From contig CAVVYR010000008.1 in the NCBI GenBank assembly GCA_963752475.1, forward strand, positions 1 through 64,000: DNA of 64,000 nucleotides, written 5' to 3'. Both the position numbers and the translations under genes were made by a program. Of the stretch, positions 46,880 to 57,106 are shown piece after piece. The stretch comes from an uncultured Chloroflexia bacterium (GTDB taxonomy: Bacteria > Chloroflexota > Limnocylindria > Limnocylindrales > CSP1-4). Every line of letters starts with the position of its first letter. The stretch's first letter is position 1. The notes under the pieces were generated by a model that worked only from the letters and a program-made list of their open reading frames with translations, did no database searches and had not been told where the DNA came from.

Positions 46880-48121
46880 CTAGCGAGCAGCCTCGGTCGT
46901 GGGGTCGGCCTCGAGTTCGGTCTTCGCACGCCGCAGCACCGGCTGTCGGGGCGCTACCGCATCACGCAGGAGCGAGTCGATCATCGCCAGCAGATGCCGG
47001 CGGACCTGCGGCATCGGCCGGGAGGCGAGCCCGAGCTCCGCGGTCGCGAGCATGACGTAGGCCTCCCAGTCGGGCGTCGGCACGGACACGCCTGTACCCG
47101 CTTCCGTCCGCAGGATCAGGGGCGATGGGATCTCCCGGTCCATCAGCGATGACAGCAGCTCGTGCAGGCGGTCGATGGCCAGGATGGCGGTGGACGGGTC
47201 GTTGAGGCTGGGCGACAGGGCCCGCAGGGCGACGTCGACGAGCAGCCGGAATCCGAACTCCGGGTCCTCCGACATCGTGCGCTCCGGGCCCAACCGCACG
47301 ACTCGGGTCAGGCCGATGTCGGAGGCAGCGATCGTGCTGCCGGACTTGTGCACCGAGAGCAGCGGTCGGCCGTGGACGAGGAAGTCGCCGCTACCGACCT
47401 GGAGCTCGATGTCAGCACCTTCTCGGTCCGCATAGGCCAGCAGCTGCTCTCGATCGAAGGACTGGATGTAGCCGGCAGGCGACGACCACGTCACGACGAA
47501 GCTCTCGGATTCCTTGTCCGTCGTCCGCCGTGCCACCGCTTCAGAGGTCGTGTCGTCGGTCTCGGGCACCTCAGCGCCATCGGGGTAGATCTCCCCGATG
47601 ACCGCGAGGGCCTCCACAGCGATGGACTCGGTGACGCTCGAGGGGCGGATGTCGTGCGCCATATGGTCGATGTAGGACACGAACGCGAGCACGGACACCA
47701 GCACAAGGCCGACCGCGACGGCCACGCTCAGACGAGGTACATCGCCGTCGCCGACGGAGGCCAACACCAGCAAGGAGAAGACGAAGGTGGCCACGAAGAG
47801 ACCGAGCACCACCTGGTTGTAGCGGTCCCGAAGGAAGGTGCGCACGACACGCGGCGAAAGCTGTGAACTGGCCGATTGGAGCACAAGCATGGTGATGCTG
47901 AAGACCAGCGCGGTGAAGCTGATCATGGCTCCGGAGATCGTCGAGAGTACTGCCCGTGCGCTATGCGGGTCGATGTCCAGCGGCAGACCGAGGGACGCGA
48001 TGGCCTGATCCAGTGAGACCAGCAGCAGGGCTGCCAGCCCAGCCAGCAGCGCCGCCAACGAGGGGATCACCCAGAGGCGAGCACGGAGCACCTCGAGCAG
48101 GACGGAGTGGGTCGGACGCAT
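46880..48121 (-). CDS. DUF2254 family membrane protein
   Basis: LQ.ASSQLSPR, LG.FVATF.FSL and DVALRALSPSLNDPSTA motifs. Confidence 0.85.
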   Translation of the reverse strand: MRPTHSVLLEVLRARLWVIPSLAALLAGLAALLLVSLDQAIASLGLPLDIDPHSARAVLSTISGAMISFTALVFSITMLVLQSASSQLSPRVVRTFLRDRYNQVVLGLFVATFVFSLLVLASVGDGDVPRLSVAVAVGLVLVSVLAFVSYIDHMAHDIRPSSVTESIAVEALAVIGEIYPDGAEVPETDDTTSEAVARRTTDKESESFVVTWSSPAGYIQSFDREQLLAYADREGADIELQVGSGDFLVHGRPLLSVHKSGSTIAASDIGLTRVVRLGPERTMSEDPEFGFRLLVDVALRALSPSLNDPSTAILAIDRLHELLSSLMDREIPSPLILRTEAGTGVSVPTPDWEAYVMLATAELGLASRPMPQVRRHLLAMIDSLLRDAVAPRQPVLRRAKTELEADPTTEAAR

Positions 48122-48216
48122 CGGCGCAAGCATATTCGCGGTCTGCAACGCGGATGCAACGTCCCGGCGACATCCGACCGGTGCGTTCGCAGCCCGCTGG
48201 TGGCTAACGTTGGGAC

Positions 48217-48633
48217 ATGCAAGACCGATTCGAACACCATCCCAAGCCCCCCGCGCACAATGCCTGGCACGGCGAAGTCGCCGCGGCCGAGACCGGCGAC
48301 GTCCAGAGGCTGCACCTGATCAGCGGCGTCGATGCCGAGAACTGGCGGATCTGCGGCGTCGATATCCGCTTCTCGTACGGCGAACCGGCGGGGGCGGGCG
48401 TCTTCGCCATCGAGCGCGAGCGCCTTGAGGCAGCGGGACATGACTGGGCCCGCCTGGCGGCCCACCACGACGATGTGGTGCCGGTCACCGAGTTCGCCTT
48501 GCCCGCCACGAGGGCGCGCGAGATCCTGGAGCTCTTCCCCGACCTCTCGCTGGTGGCGGCACGCGCTCCCGCCGTGGAGGGTGAGGGCCTCGCGATGCGG
48601 GTCGCTGAACGGGTGATGCCTGTAGCGACCTGA
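48217..48633 (+). CDS. Hypothetical protein
   Basis: 138-aa ORF with host-like codon usage; TAACGT 6 nt before ATG suggests a leaderless start. Confidence 0.55.
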   Translation: MQDRFEHHPKPPAHNAWHGEVAAAETGDVQRLHLISGVDAENWRICGVDIRFSYGEPAGAGVFAIERERLEAAGHDWARLAAHHDDVVPVTEFALPATRAREILELFPDLSLVAARAPAVEGEGLAMRVAERVMPVAT

Positions 48634-48825
48634 GTGTCAAGGCTGGTCACCGACCCGGGCCGGGCGGGTGAGCGCTGCTCCAGCCAGGATCGTTGAGTCC
48701 GAGGTCGTGGCACGAGAGGAGGCTCTCACCCGATGTGGACGGTAGCGCCGCGTGTCTACCGCACAGCGGGTGGTAGGTGACCCACGTCGGCGTGGGTTGA
48801 CTTCAGGGTACCGCTATGGGATGCT

Positions 48826-48856
48826 GCACAACGGTACTTATCATGAACAATCGTGC
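48826..48856. promoter_or_regulatory. Tandem operator-like site 1 (GnAC-N4-GTnC twice)
   Basis: GCACAACGGTAC (48826-48837) and GAACAATCGTGC (48845-48856), just downstream of TTGACT-N17-GATGCT. Confidence 0.65.
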
Positions 48857-49787
48857 AGCACAAGCATCCCCTGTCCTGAGCCGCGTAGCGCGACTCTACT
48901 ACGAGCACGGGCTAACGCACGCGGACATCGCCAAGATCCTGGGCGTCTCGCGGGTGAAGGTCACGCGCATGCTCAACGAGGCGCGGCGGCTGGGCATCGT
49001 CGAGATCAAGGTCCACGGCGACACGTCCACGTTCTCCGAGCTCGAGTCCAGTCTGGTCACGCGCCTGGGCCTGCGCGATGCCTGGGTCGTGCCCGCCTCC
49101 TCGTCGGACGAGCGGCTGCGCGCCTCGCTCGGGACCGGGGGCGCCCATGCCTTGCGGGCCCTGCTGGCCCCGGGGATGGTCGTGGGCGTGAACCAGAGTC
49201 GGACCGTCTCTGCCATCCCCTTGGCGCTCGGCAGCGAGGAGCCGGTCGACGCACAGTTCGTGCCCGTGGCCGGCAGCGCCGGCGGCTACGGCCGGAGCAA
49301 GGCTCACGAGACCAGCGAAGCCCTCGCCCGTGCATTCGGTGGAAGCGCCTATCACCTGCCGGCGCCGACGCTGGCCTCGTCCGCCCGCGCGGCGGAGGTG
49401 CTCCTTGCGGAGAAGGAGATCGCTGACACGCTGTCGCTGGCCGCAAACGCCGACCTGCTGCTGGCGGGCATCGGAACGCTCGAGGATAACTACCTCATGC
49501 GCGGTGGTGAGATGCCTTCCGGGTCACACCGGTCACTCCGCTCCAGGGGGGCCGTCGGCGACATGTCGTTGCGCTTCTTCGACGTGGAAGGCAAGCCGGT
49601 CGATTCACCGATGGACGATCGCGTCATCTCGCTCACGCTCGAACAACACGTGCACATCCCGCTGCGGATGGCCATCGCCGGTGGCGATGCCAAGCGGGAG
49701 GCGCTGGTCGCAGCGGCGCACGGTGACCTGTACAACATCCTCGTCACCGACTTGGAGACAGCCACCTGGCTGATCGACAACACCTAG
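48843..49787 (+). CDS. SorC/DeoR/LsrR-family sugar-binding transcriptional regulator
   Basis: VARLYYEHGLTHADIAKILGVSRVKVTRML.EARRLGIVEI HTH; GAVGD...RFFD..G and LVTD. Confidence 0.92.
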   Translation: MNNRAAQASPVLSRVARLYYEHGLTHADIAKILGVSRVKVTRMLNEARRLGIVEIKVHGDTSTFSELESSLVTRLGLRDAWVVPASSSDERLRASLGTGGAHALRALLAPGMVVGVNQSRTVSAIPLALGSEEPVDAQFVPVAGSAGGYGRSKAHETSEALARAFGGSAYHLPAPTLASSARAAEVLLAEKEIADTLSLAANADLLLAGIGTLEDNYLMRGGEMPSGSHRSLRSRGAVGDMSLRFFDVEGKPVDSPMDDRVISLTLEQHVHIPLRMAIAGGDAKREALVAAAHGDLYNILVTDLETATWLIDNT

Positions 49788-49792
49788 CATCA

Positions 49793-50437
49793 ATGGGGGA
49801 AGGCCACCACATGGAAGAGTACCGGGAGCTCATCGAGCAGCTGGCTGAGGCCGGCCGCGACGCGGTCGCGCGCGGGCTGACGCTCGCCTCAGGCGGCAAC
49901 CTCTCAGCGCGGATGCCGGGCTCGGACCGCTTCATCGTCACCGGCACCGGCACCTACCTCGACCGCCTCGACGACGATGACTTCAGCATCATGGACCTCG
50001 ACGGCAACGTACTCGGCGGGAGCGTGCCGCCATCGAGCGAGTGGAAGTTGCACCAGCGTACGTACCGCGTGCGCGAGGACGTCAACTCGATCATCCACCT
50101 GCACCCACAGTACTCGGTGCTGCTCGACGCGATGGGCCACGAGATCCGGCTCATCACCCTCGACCACGCCTACTACCTGCGCAACATCGAGCGCTGCGAC
50201 TACTACCCCAACGGTACCGACGAGCTGGGCGACACCGCGGCCGAGGCTGCCCGCGAGTGCAACGCCATCATCCTCGCCTACCACGGCTGCTCGACCCTGG
50301 GCGATACCGTGGCCATGGCCTATCGGCGGGCGATGAACCTCGAAGAGGCGGCCATGACCACGTATCGCTGCCTGACCCTGGGTAACACCGACCTCACCTT
50401 CCCCAAGGAGGAGTGGGCGCGGATCCACCACGCCTGA
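49793..50437 (+). CDS. Class II aldolase/adducin family protein (FucA-like)
   Basis: GGNLSAR, PSSEWKLH, IHLHP and LAYHG Zn-ligand motifs. Confidence 0.88.
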   Translation: MGEGHHMEEYRELIEQLAEAGRDAVARGLTLASGGNLSARMPGSDRFIVTGTGTYLDRLDDDDFSIMDLDGNVLGGSVPPSSEWKLHQRTYRVREDVNSIIHLHPQYSVLLDAMGHEIRLITLDHAYYLRNIERCDYYPNGTDELGDTAAEAARECNAIILAYHGCSTLGDTVAMAYRRAMNLEEAAMTTYRCLTLGNTDLTFPKEEWARIHHA

Positions 50438-50447
50438 GGATCTGCCG

Positions 50448-52700
50448 GTGACCGACGAACGCATCGTCCGCGTCGGCTGCCCGGCTCACAATTGCGGCGG
50501 GCGTTGCCTGCTGGTGGCCCACGTCGCGGACGGCGTCATCACCCGCCTTGACGCCGACGATCGCCCCGATGACCTGGCCTCACCCCAGCTGCGCGCGTGT
50601 GTGCGCGGCCGAGCCTACCTGCGCCGGCAGTACCACCCCGACCGCCTGCTCCATCCCCTTCGTCGGGTCGGCACCCGCGGCGACGCACACTTCGAGCGGA
50701 TCGGCTGGGACGAGGCCCTGGACCTCGTGGCGTGTGAGATCCAGCGGGTGCGCGAGACCTACGGCAGCGAAGCGCTCTTCGTGCCCTACGGCACCGGCAG
50801 CTACAACCAGCTCAACGGTTCGCACCAGGCGCGGCGACTGATGAACCTCTCGGGCGGCTGTCTGGGCTTCTACAACGACTACTCCATGGCCGCGATCAAG
50901 GCGGCCACGCCCACGGTCTACGGCACCAACGTCACCGGCAACGAGCGACAGGACTGGCTCAACGCGCACTACATCCTGATGTGGGGCTGGAACCCCGCCG
51001 AGATGCGCGACGAGACCAACAGCGACTACTTCTTGCGCCTGGCGCGCGACCGCGGCGCCCGCGTCGTGTGCGTCGATCCACGCATGAGCTTGTCAGCCTC
51101 CCTGGCCGACGAGTGGGTACCGATCCGACCGGGCACCGACGCGGCCATGATGTCGGCCATGGCCTTCGTCATGATCGACGAGGAGCTCTACGACGCCGAG
51201 TTCGTGGGCACGCACTGCCTGGGTTTCGATGCCTCACAGATGCCAGCGGGGTTGGGAGGCGAGGAGAGCTACTCCGACTACATCCTGGGCACGCGCGACG
51301 ACACGCCCAAGAGCCCGCGCTGGGCCGAGGCCATCACCGGCGTGCCGGCCGTGACCATCGCCCGCATCGCCCGCGAGTACGCCACCACCAAACCGGGCGT
51401 GCTGTACCAGGGCTACGGCATGCAGCGCCGTGCCTACGGCGAGCAGGTCGTGCGGGCCGGCTGCGTGCTGGCAGCGATCACCGGCAACGTCGGCGTCAGC
51501 GGTGGCTGGGCCAGCGGCACCGCCAAGCCTGCTCCCCACGGTGGCTGCAAGGGCACGTACTTCCCGCGCGGTGACAACCCCGTGCAGGCGCAGATCCCCA
51601 CATTCCTCTGGACCGACGCCGTGACCCGAGGGATCGAGATGGGCCCGCAGGACGGACTGCGCGGTGCCGACCGACTAGCGACGAACATCAAGCTGCTCTA
51701 CTCGGTGGCCTCCAACGTCATGGGTGGCCAACACAGCGACCTCAATCGCACCGCCGAGATCCTGCGCGACGAGTCGCTGGTCGAGTTCATCGTGGTCCAG
51801 GACAACTTCCTGACCACGACCGCGTCCTTCGCCGACGTCGTGCTGCCTGCCTGCACCCAGTTCGAGACGTGGGGCTTCGAGGACGGCTGGAAGTTCACCG
51901 ACGACGTCATCCTCCAGCCCAAGCTGGTCGAACCCGCGGGCGAGTCTCGCAGTGACTTCGCCATCTGCGCCGGGATCGCGCAGCGCCTGGGCATCGGCGA
52001 GGCCTTCACCGAGGGACGCGATGAGCGCGAGTGGACCGAGTGGCTGCTCGATCGAGTGCGCGAGACCCGCTTCCCGGATCTGCCCGCGTTCGACGAGCTG
52101 CTCGAGCGGAACACGGGCACGTGGCCCCGGCCGATCCATGAGCCTGCCATCGCCTTCGCCGACTTCCGGGCCGACCCAGACGCCCATCCACTCGACACGC
52201 CGTCGGGCCGGATCGAGATCTTCTCCCGGCAGTTGCACGACCTCGGCCAGCCGCACGAAGTGCCGGCGCTGCCCAAGTACGTGCAGGAGTGGGAGAGCCC
52301 ACTGGGTCCCGAAGCCGAACGCTATCCACTCGCGGTCATCGGCCACCACTCGCTGCAGCGCGTCCACTCCACGCATGACAACAACGACTGGCTGGAGGAG
52401 GCCTTCCCCCAGCGAGCGGCCATCAACCGCATGGATGCCGAAGCACGCGGTATCGCCGACGGCGACAGCGTGCGCATCTGGAACGACCGTGGCGAGATCC
52501 GCCTCCCCTGCCGACTCACCGACCGGCTCATGCCCGGTGTCATCGACGTGCCCCAGGGCGCCTGGTGGAAGCCCGACGCCGATGGCATCGACGGTCGTGG
52601 CAACGTCAACGTCCTGTCCTCGCTGCGACCCACGCCGCTGGCCTTCGGCAATGCCCAGCACACGATCATGGCCGAGGTCGCCCCCATCGACCCCAGGCCA
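50448..52700 (+). CDS. dmsA: DmsA/YnfE-like Mo-bisPGD oxidoreductase catalytic subunit, no Tat signal; probably fused to the DmsB domain across a frameshift (end approximate)
   Basis: CPAHNCGGRC...CVRG Fe-S motif, DYS (Ser ligand), PIRPGTD, TPSGRIE, RVHSTH and QGAWW. Confidence 0.85.
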
Positions 52701-53397
52701 CAGGACCGCAGCCGGAAGCACTCGCGGCTCGTTCTCGCCGCGGCCGTTCGAGGCCCCGGCGGAGCCCGTCTCGGCCGAGCCGCTGCTGTTCCACTTCGAC
52801 GCCTCGGCCTGCACCGGCTGCAAGGCCTGCCAGGTCGCATGCAAGGATCGCAACGGCCTGCCCGAGGGCCTCCTCTGGCGGCGCGTCTACGAGGTCACCG
52901 GCGGTTCGTGGCAGCGGCAGGGAGCGGCGTGGGAGCACGACGTCGGGGCGTACCACCTGTCGCTCTCGTGCAACCACTGCGAGAAGCCGGTGTGTGCCGA
53001 GGTCTGCCCAGCGGCGGCCATCGGCCGGCGACCAGACGGAGTCGTGCTCATCGATCCCGAGCGCTGCACCGGCTGCCGCTACTGCGCCTGGGCCTGCCCC
53101 TATGGCGCACTCCAGTTCGATGCGCTCGCGGGCGCGATGACGAAGTGCACGTTCTGCGTCGAGGACCTGGACGACGGTCGCCAGTCCGCCTGTGTCGCGG
53201 CCTGCCCCATGCGCGCGCTGGACGTGGGCACACGCGAGGAGCTGCTGGCCCGGCACCCCCAGAGCACGCCGGAGGCACTGGGCCTCCATCCCCTACCCGA
53301 CCCGGCCCTGACCGAACCGGGGTTGCTCATCACACCCCACCGCGAGGCCGCCCGTGTAGCCGATGTGGCGGTCGTGGCCAACTACGAGGAGACGTGA
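52701..53397 (+). CDS. dmsB: DmsB-like 4x[4Fe-4S] electron-transfer subunit/domain (start approximate; no own start codon)
   Basis: CTGCKACQVACKD, SCNHCEKPVCAEVCP, CTGCRYCAWACPY and KCTFC...CVAACPMRAL. Confidence 0.88.
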
Positions 53398-54302
53398 TGG
53401 GCGAACGCTCGCTGGTGCTCTTCACGCTCCTGACCCAGGCCGCCTGTGGGGCGCTCGTCGCGCTCGCGGGCATGCAGGTGCTCGGCGATGCCGATGTGCT
53501 CGGCATCGTGCCCTTCGTGGTCGTGGGCCTGCTGCTGCTCGTGGCCGCTATCACCTCCACGCTCCACCTGGGCTCGCCGGCCCACGCGCCCTATGCCATC
53601 AGCAACCTCCGAGCCTCGTGGCTCAGCCGCGAGATCCTGGGCCTGGGCCTGACCGGCGGCTTCGTCGCCCTCGGAGGGCTCCTGGCGCTCATCTCCGGCG
53701 GTGCCGACAGTGAGACCGCGCGCACGATCGTGACCGTGCTGGCGGCCGCGGCTGGCACCTTCCTGGTGCTGGCCATGGTGCGGCTCTACTCGGTACGCAC
53801 CATCCCCGAGTGGCACCCGACCCGGGTCGCGCTCGAGTTCACGGGAAGCACGCTGCGACTGGGCGCCCCTCTGGGGGTGGCGCTGGCTACGGTCGGAGTC
53901 TTGCCCGATGGCTCGATCGGTGTCGCGGCGGTCTGGCCGCTGCTGCTGCTCGCGGCCGGAATGATCCTGTGGTTCGCCGGCCGGAACTCGCGGCTGATCG
54001 GTGACGAGGCCACCCGCCGAGCCGGCGCGCTGCTGGTGCGCGGAGCACCAGAGGCGACCGTGATCGATCACGGTCGCATTCCGCTCTGGCTCGCAGTCGG
54101 CGTGCTCGTGGCCATGACCGGCACAGGCCTCCTGGGCGTGGGGCCGGCTTCGCTGGCCGGCCTGCTGGCACTCGCTGGCCTGCTGGCATGCGTCCCGCAC
54201 GAAGTCGCCGCCCGTGGCCACTTCTACGAGGCCGCGCCCGATCGTGGTCGCGACGCCAGGCGGCCTGCAGGCGCATCGCCTCGCCCAGCGGAAGGGCGCT
54301 GA
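53397..54302 (+). CDS. dmsC: DmsC/YnfH-like membrane anchor subunit
   Basis: ERSLVLFTLL.Q, STLHLGSP, SWLSREI and M.RLY...TIP.W; its ATG overlaps the dmsB TGA. Confidence 0.85.
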   Translation: MGERSLVLFTLLTQAACGALVALAGMQVLGDADVLGIVPFVVVGLLLLVAAITSTLHLGSPAHAPYAISNLRASWLSREILGLGLTGGFVALGGLLALISGGADSETARTIVTVLAAAAGTFLVLAMVRLYSVRTIPEWHPTRVALEFTGSTLRLGAPLGVALATVGVLPDGSIGVAAVWPLLLLAAGMILWFAGRNSRLIGDEATRRAGALLVRGAPEATVIDHGRIPLWLAVGVLVAMTGTGLLGVGPASLAGLLALAGLLACVPHEVAARGHFYEAAPDRGRDARRPAGASPRPAEGR

Positions 54303-54303
54303 C

Positions 54304-55318
54304 CTACAGGCCCAGGCGTTCACGCGCAGCTGGGATGGCATCGGGGTTGACGACGTTGACGACGGCACCTCCGATGAAGGCTTCCAGCGCCTCCCAGGCG
54401 ATACGCGCCTGGTGGTCGCCGACCTCGTGGGTGGCGCCCCCGAGATGGGGAATGGCCACGACGTTCGGCAGCTCCAGCAAAGGGTCATCGACCGGCAGTG
54501 GCTCCTGCATGTAGACGTCCAGGGCGGCCCCGGCGATACGACGCTCGCGCAGCGTCTCGACCAGCGCGTCGGGATCGACGAGCCGGGCGCGGGCGCTGTT
54601 GACGAGGAAGGCCGTGGGCTTCATCAGGCCCAGTTCGCGGGCGCCGATCATGCCCGTGGTGGCCGGTGTGACGGGGACGTGCAGCGAGACGATGTCCGAG
54701 TCGCGCAGCACGTCGTCAAGCGCCAGGAGCGTGGCATCCACGCCCTCGGCGACCGCGACCTCCACGAAGGGGTCGTGGGCGACCAGGCGCGCGCCGAAGC
54801 CGGCCAGGCGTTGCGCGGTGGCCAGACCGGTGGCACCAAGGCCCACGAGTCCGATCGTCTTCTCGCGCAGCTCAAAGCCCTGGTTGGCGAGGTAGCTGGG
54901 CAGCAGCCCGCGCTCGACCCAGAGCCCGTCGCGCACCGAGGTCAGCGCCGGCCAGGCGTTGCGCATGACCATGACCATCATCATCACGGTCAAGTCGCCG
55001 ACAGCGTCGGCGTTGCGCCCCGGCGTGTTGATGACGACGACGCCGTGCTCGGTGGCCGCGTCCACATCGACGTTGGCTGGAGCAGCTCGCGTGGCGATGA
55101 TGACCCCCAGCTCGGGCGACCGCTCGATGACCGAGCGCGTGACCTCGTCAGCCTCCGTGATGAGCACCTGCTGACCCGCGATGCGAGCCACCAACTCATC
55201 CTCCGAGGCCAGCGGCTGGGATCTCGTCCCACTCGACGTGGGTGAACTCGTAGGCCTCGGTAAGCCGCTGGATCCATCGTTCAGGCAGGCGTCCCGAGGC
55301 CAGGACGCGCGGCGGCAT
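54304..55318 (-). CDS. D-2-hydroxyacid dehydrogenase (SerA-like), frameshift near 55220
   Basis: NTPGRNA, GLVGLGATG, NSARA, LDVY.QEP and PHLGGAT; the N-terminus MPPRVLAS starts at 55318, overlapping the upstream stop. Confidence 0.85.
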
Positions 55319-55973
55319 CAGTGCGGGTCCTGTCCGTAGTTCTTGTGGTACCAGCCGAAGGCCCGGTCGAGCTCTTCCTGCGGCAGCTCGGTGACCTCGT
55401 GACCCATGGACTTGGCGTAGTAGATCGTGCGCGCGGCCTCTTCCATGTAGGTCGCGACCTTGACCGAGTCACTCGCCGTGGCGCCGAAGGTGAAGGGTCC
55501 GTGGCGGTTGACGAGGACGGCAAGACCGTCACCGCCGACGCGCACGATGGCCTCGCCGGTCTCGTCGTGGGCCGGCTTGACGTACTCCGTGCAGGGGATG
55601 GCGCGACCGACGATGTGGCTGAACGGCGTCAGCGCCGCGGGCAGGGCCTCCCCCATGAGGGCGAAGGCCGTGGAGTACGGCGAGTGGGTGTGGGTGATGC
55701 CGCCGATGTCGTCGCGGTGCTTGTAGATGTAGTTGTGGATGCCCAGGTCCACGGAGGGCTTGAGGTCGCCCTCGACCACGTGCCCTCGAGGTCGGTCACG
55801 ACCATGTTCTCAGGCGTGAGATCGCGGAAGCGCAGCCCGCTGGGCTTGATGATGACGTGGCCTTCCTCGCGCACGATGGCGCTGACGTTGCCGCCGGTCC
55901 ACACCACGAGCCCCTGGTCCGGGAGCTCCTTGTTCATGGCGCAGACTTCCTTGCGTAGCTCTGGGTACAGCAT
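55318..55973 (-). CDS. Class II aldolase/epimerase (L-ribulose-5-phosphate 4-epimerase-like), frameshift near 55783
   Basis: LVVWTGGNVS, IKPSG, then PSVD..IH, THTHS and RHG in the second frame. Confidence 0.85.
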
Positions 55974-56003
55974 GGTCCCGGGTCTCCCCTTCCTGGATTT
56001 CTG

Positions 56004-57053
56004 TCAGTCCTTGGCTGGATCCGCCGCGGTCAGCGACGGGATGATCACGCTCTTGATGGACTCACCGGCCTTGACGATGAGGTCGATGCCCTCCATCGCG
56101 CCATCGAACCCGAAGCGGTGCGTGATGAGCGCCTTGGCATCGACGCGACCGTTGGCGATGTACTGAAGCACGGCGTTGGTCTCGGCCTTGGTCGAGGAGT
56201 AGCCGTTGTTGATGGTGATGCCGGAGAAGTAGAGGTGGTTGGGGTCCACCGTCGCTCGCTCGTCGGGGTGCGGCGGAGCGTTCACGTGGAGCGTGCCGCC
56301 CTTGCCCACCAGAGCCAGTGCGGCCTCCCAGGCCCTAGCTGACGGCGCGGTCGAGACGACTGCGTCGGCGAGGCGCCCGTCGTTGACGGCCTTGAGCGCT
56401 TCGGCGGCCTCCACGCGCTCGGGGTTGATGGCGTGCGTGGCGCCCATCTCCAGGGCACGTTCCAGACGCCAGTCGCTGAAGTCGAGGGCTACGATGCTGG
56501 CGTATGGGAAGAGCCGGGCCAGCTGCACGAAGGAGAGGCCCATGAAGCCCACGCCCTGGACGGCGATGGTGTCGCCGCTGATCGACGTCGATCCTCTGCA
56601 GACCATAGAGGCAGTCCGACATCGGCTCGATGATGCAAGCCTCCTCGAAGGAGACGTGATCGGGCAGCTTCAGCATGACCGGCACGTTCTCAGTCGGCAC
56701 TCGGAAGTAATCGGCGAACCCGCCGGGATGGATGTTCGTCTTGGAGTAGGAGCCACAGTACGTGGCCGCACCGCGCTGGCAGTCTCGGCAGTCGCCGCAC
56801 TGCACGTGGTGGTGCACGAAGACGCGATCACCGACCGCCAGCCGCTGACGTCGTCGCCAACCTCCACGATCGTGCCCGCTGGTTCGTGGCCCAGGATCTT
56901 GGGCGCGCGGGGCTTGAGATACCACTCCATGGCCTCACCGCCGCAGAGCCCGCAGGCTTCGGTCTTGACGAGCACCTCACCAGGACCGATGGAGGGGACC
57001 GGCCGCTCCTCGACTCGGATGTCCGTGTTGCTGTAGTAGACGGCGCAACGCAT
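56004..57053 (-). CDS. Zn-dependent medium-chain (polyol-type) dehydrogenase, frameshifts near 56845 and 56585
   Basis: CGLCG, LGHE, CGDCRDC...C, IIEP, GVGFMG and LITHRF spread over three frames. Confidence 0.85.
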
Positions 57054-57106
57054 GGTCGGCCCTGCGCGTGTCAGCCCTCCATCGATCGGGGCCACGCCGA
57101 CCCGCA

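Noticed and set aside
50448-54302. The 1284-aa ORF as a genuine DmsA-DmsC fusion protein
   Set aside because: Its middle (about 52700-53396) is Arg/Pro/Gly-rich off-frame text over the real DmsB frame, and dmsC has its own ATG overlapping the dmsB stop. Stop-free off-frames are common at this GC content.
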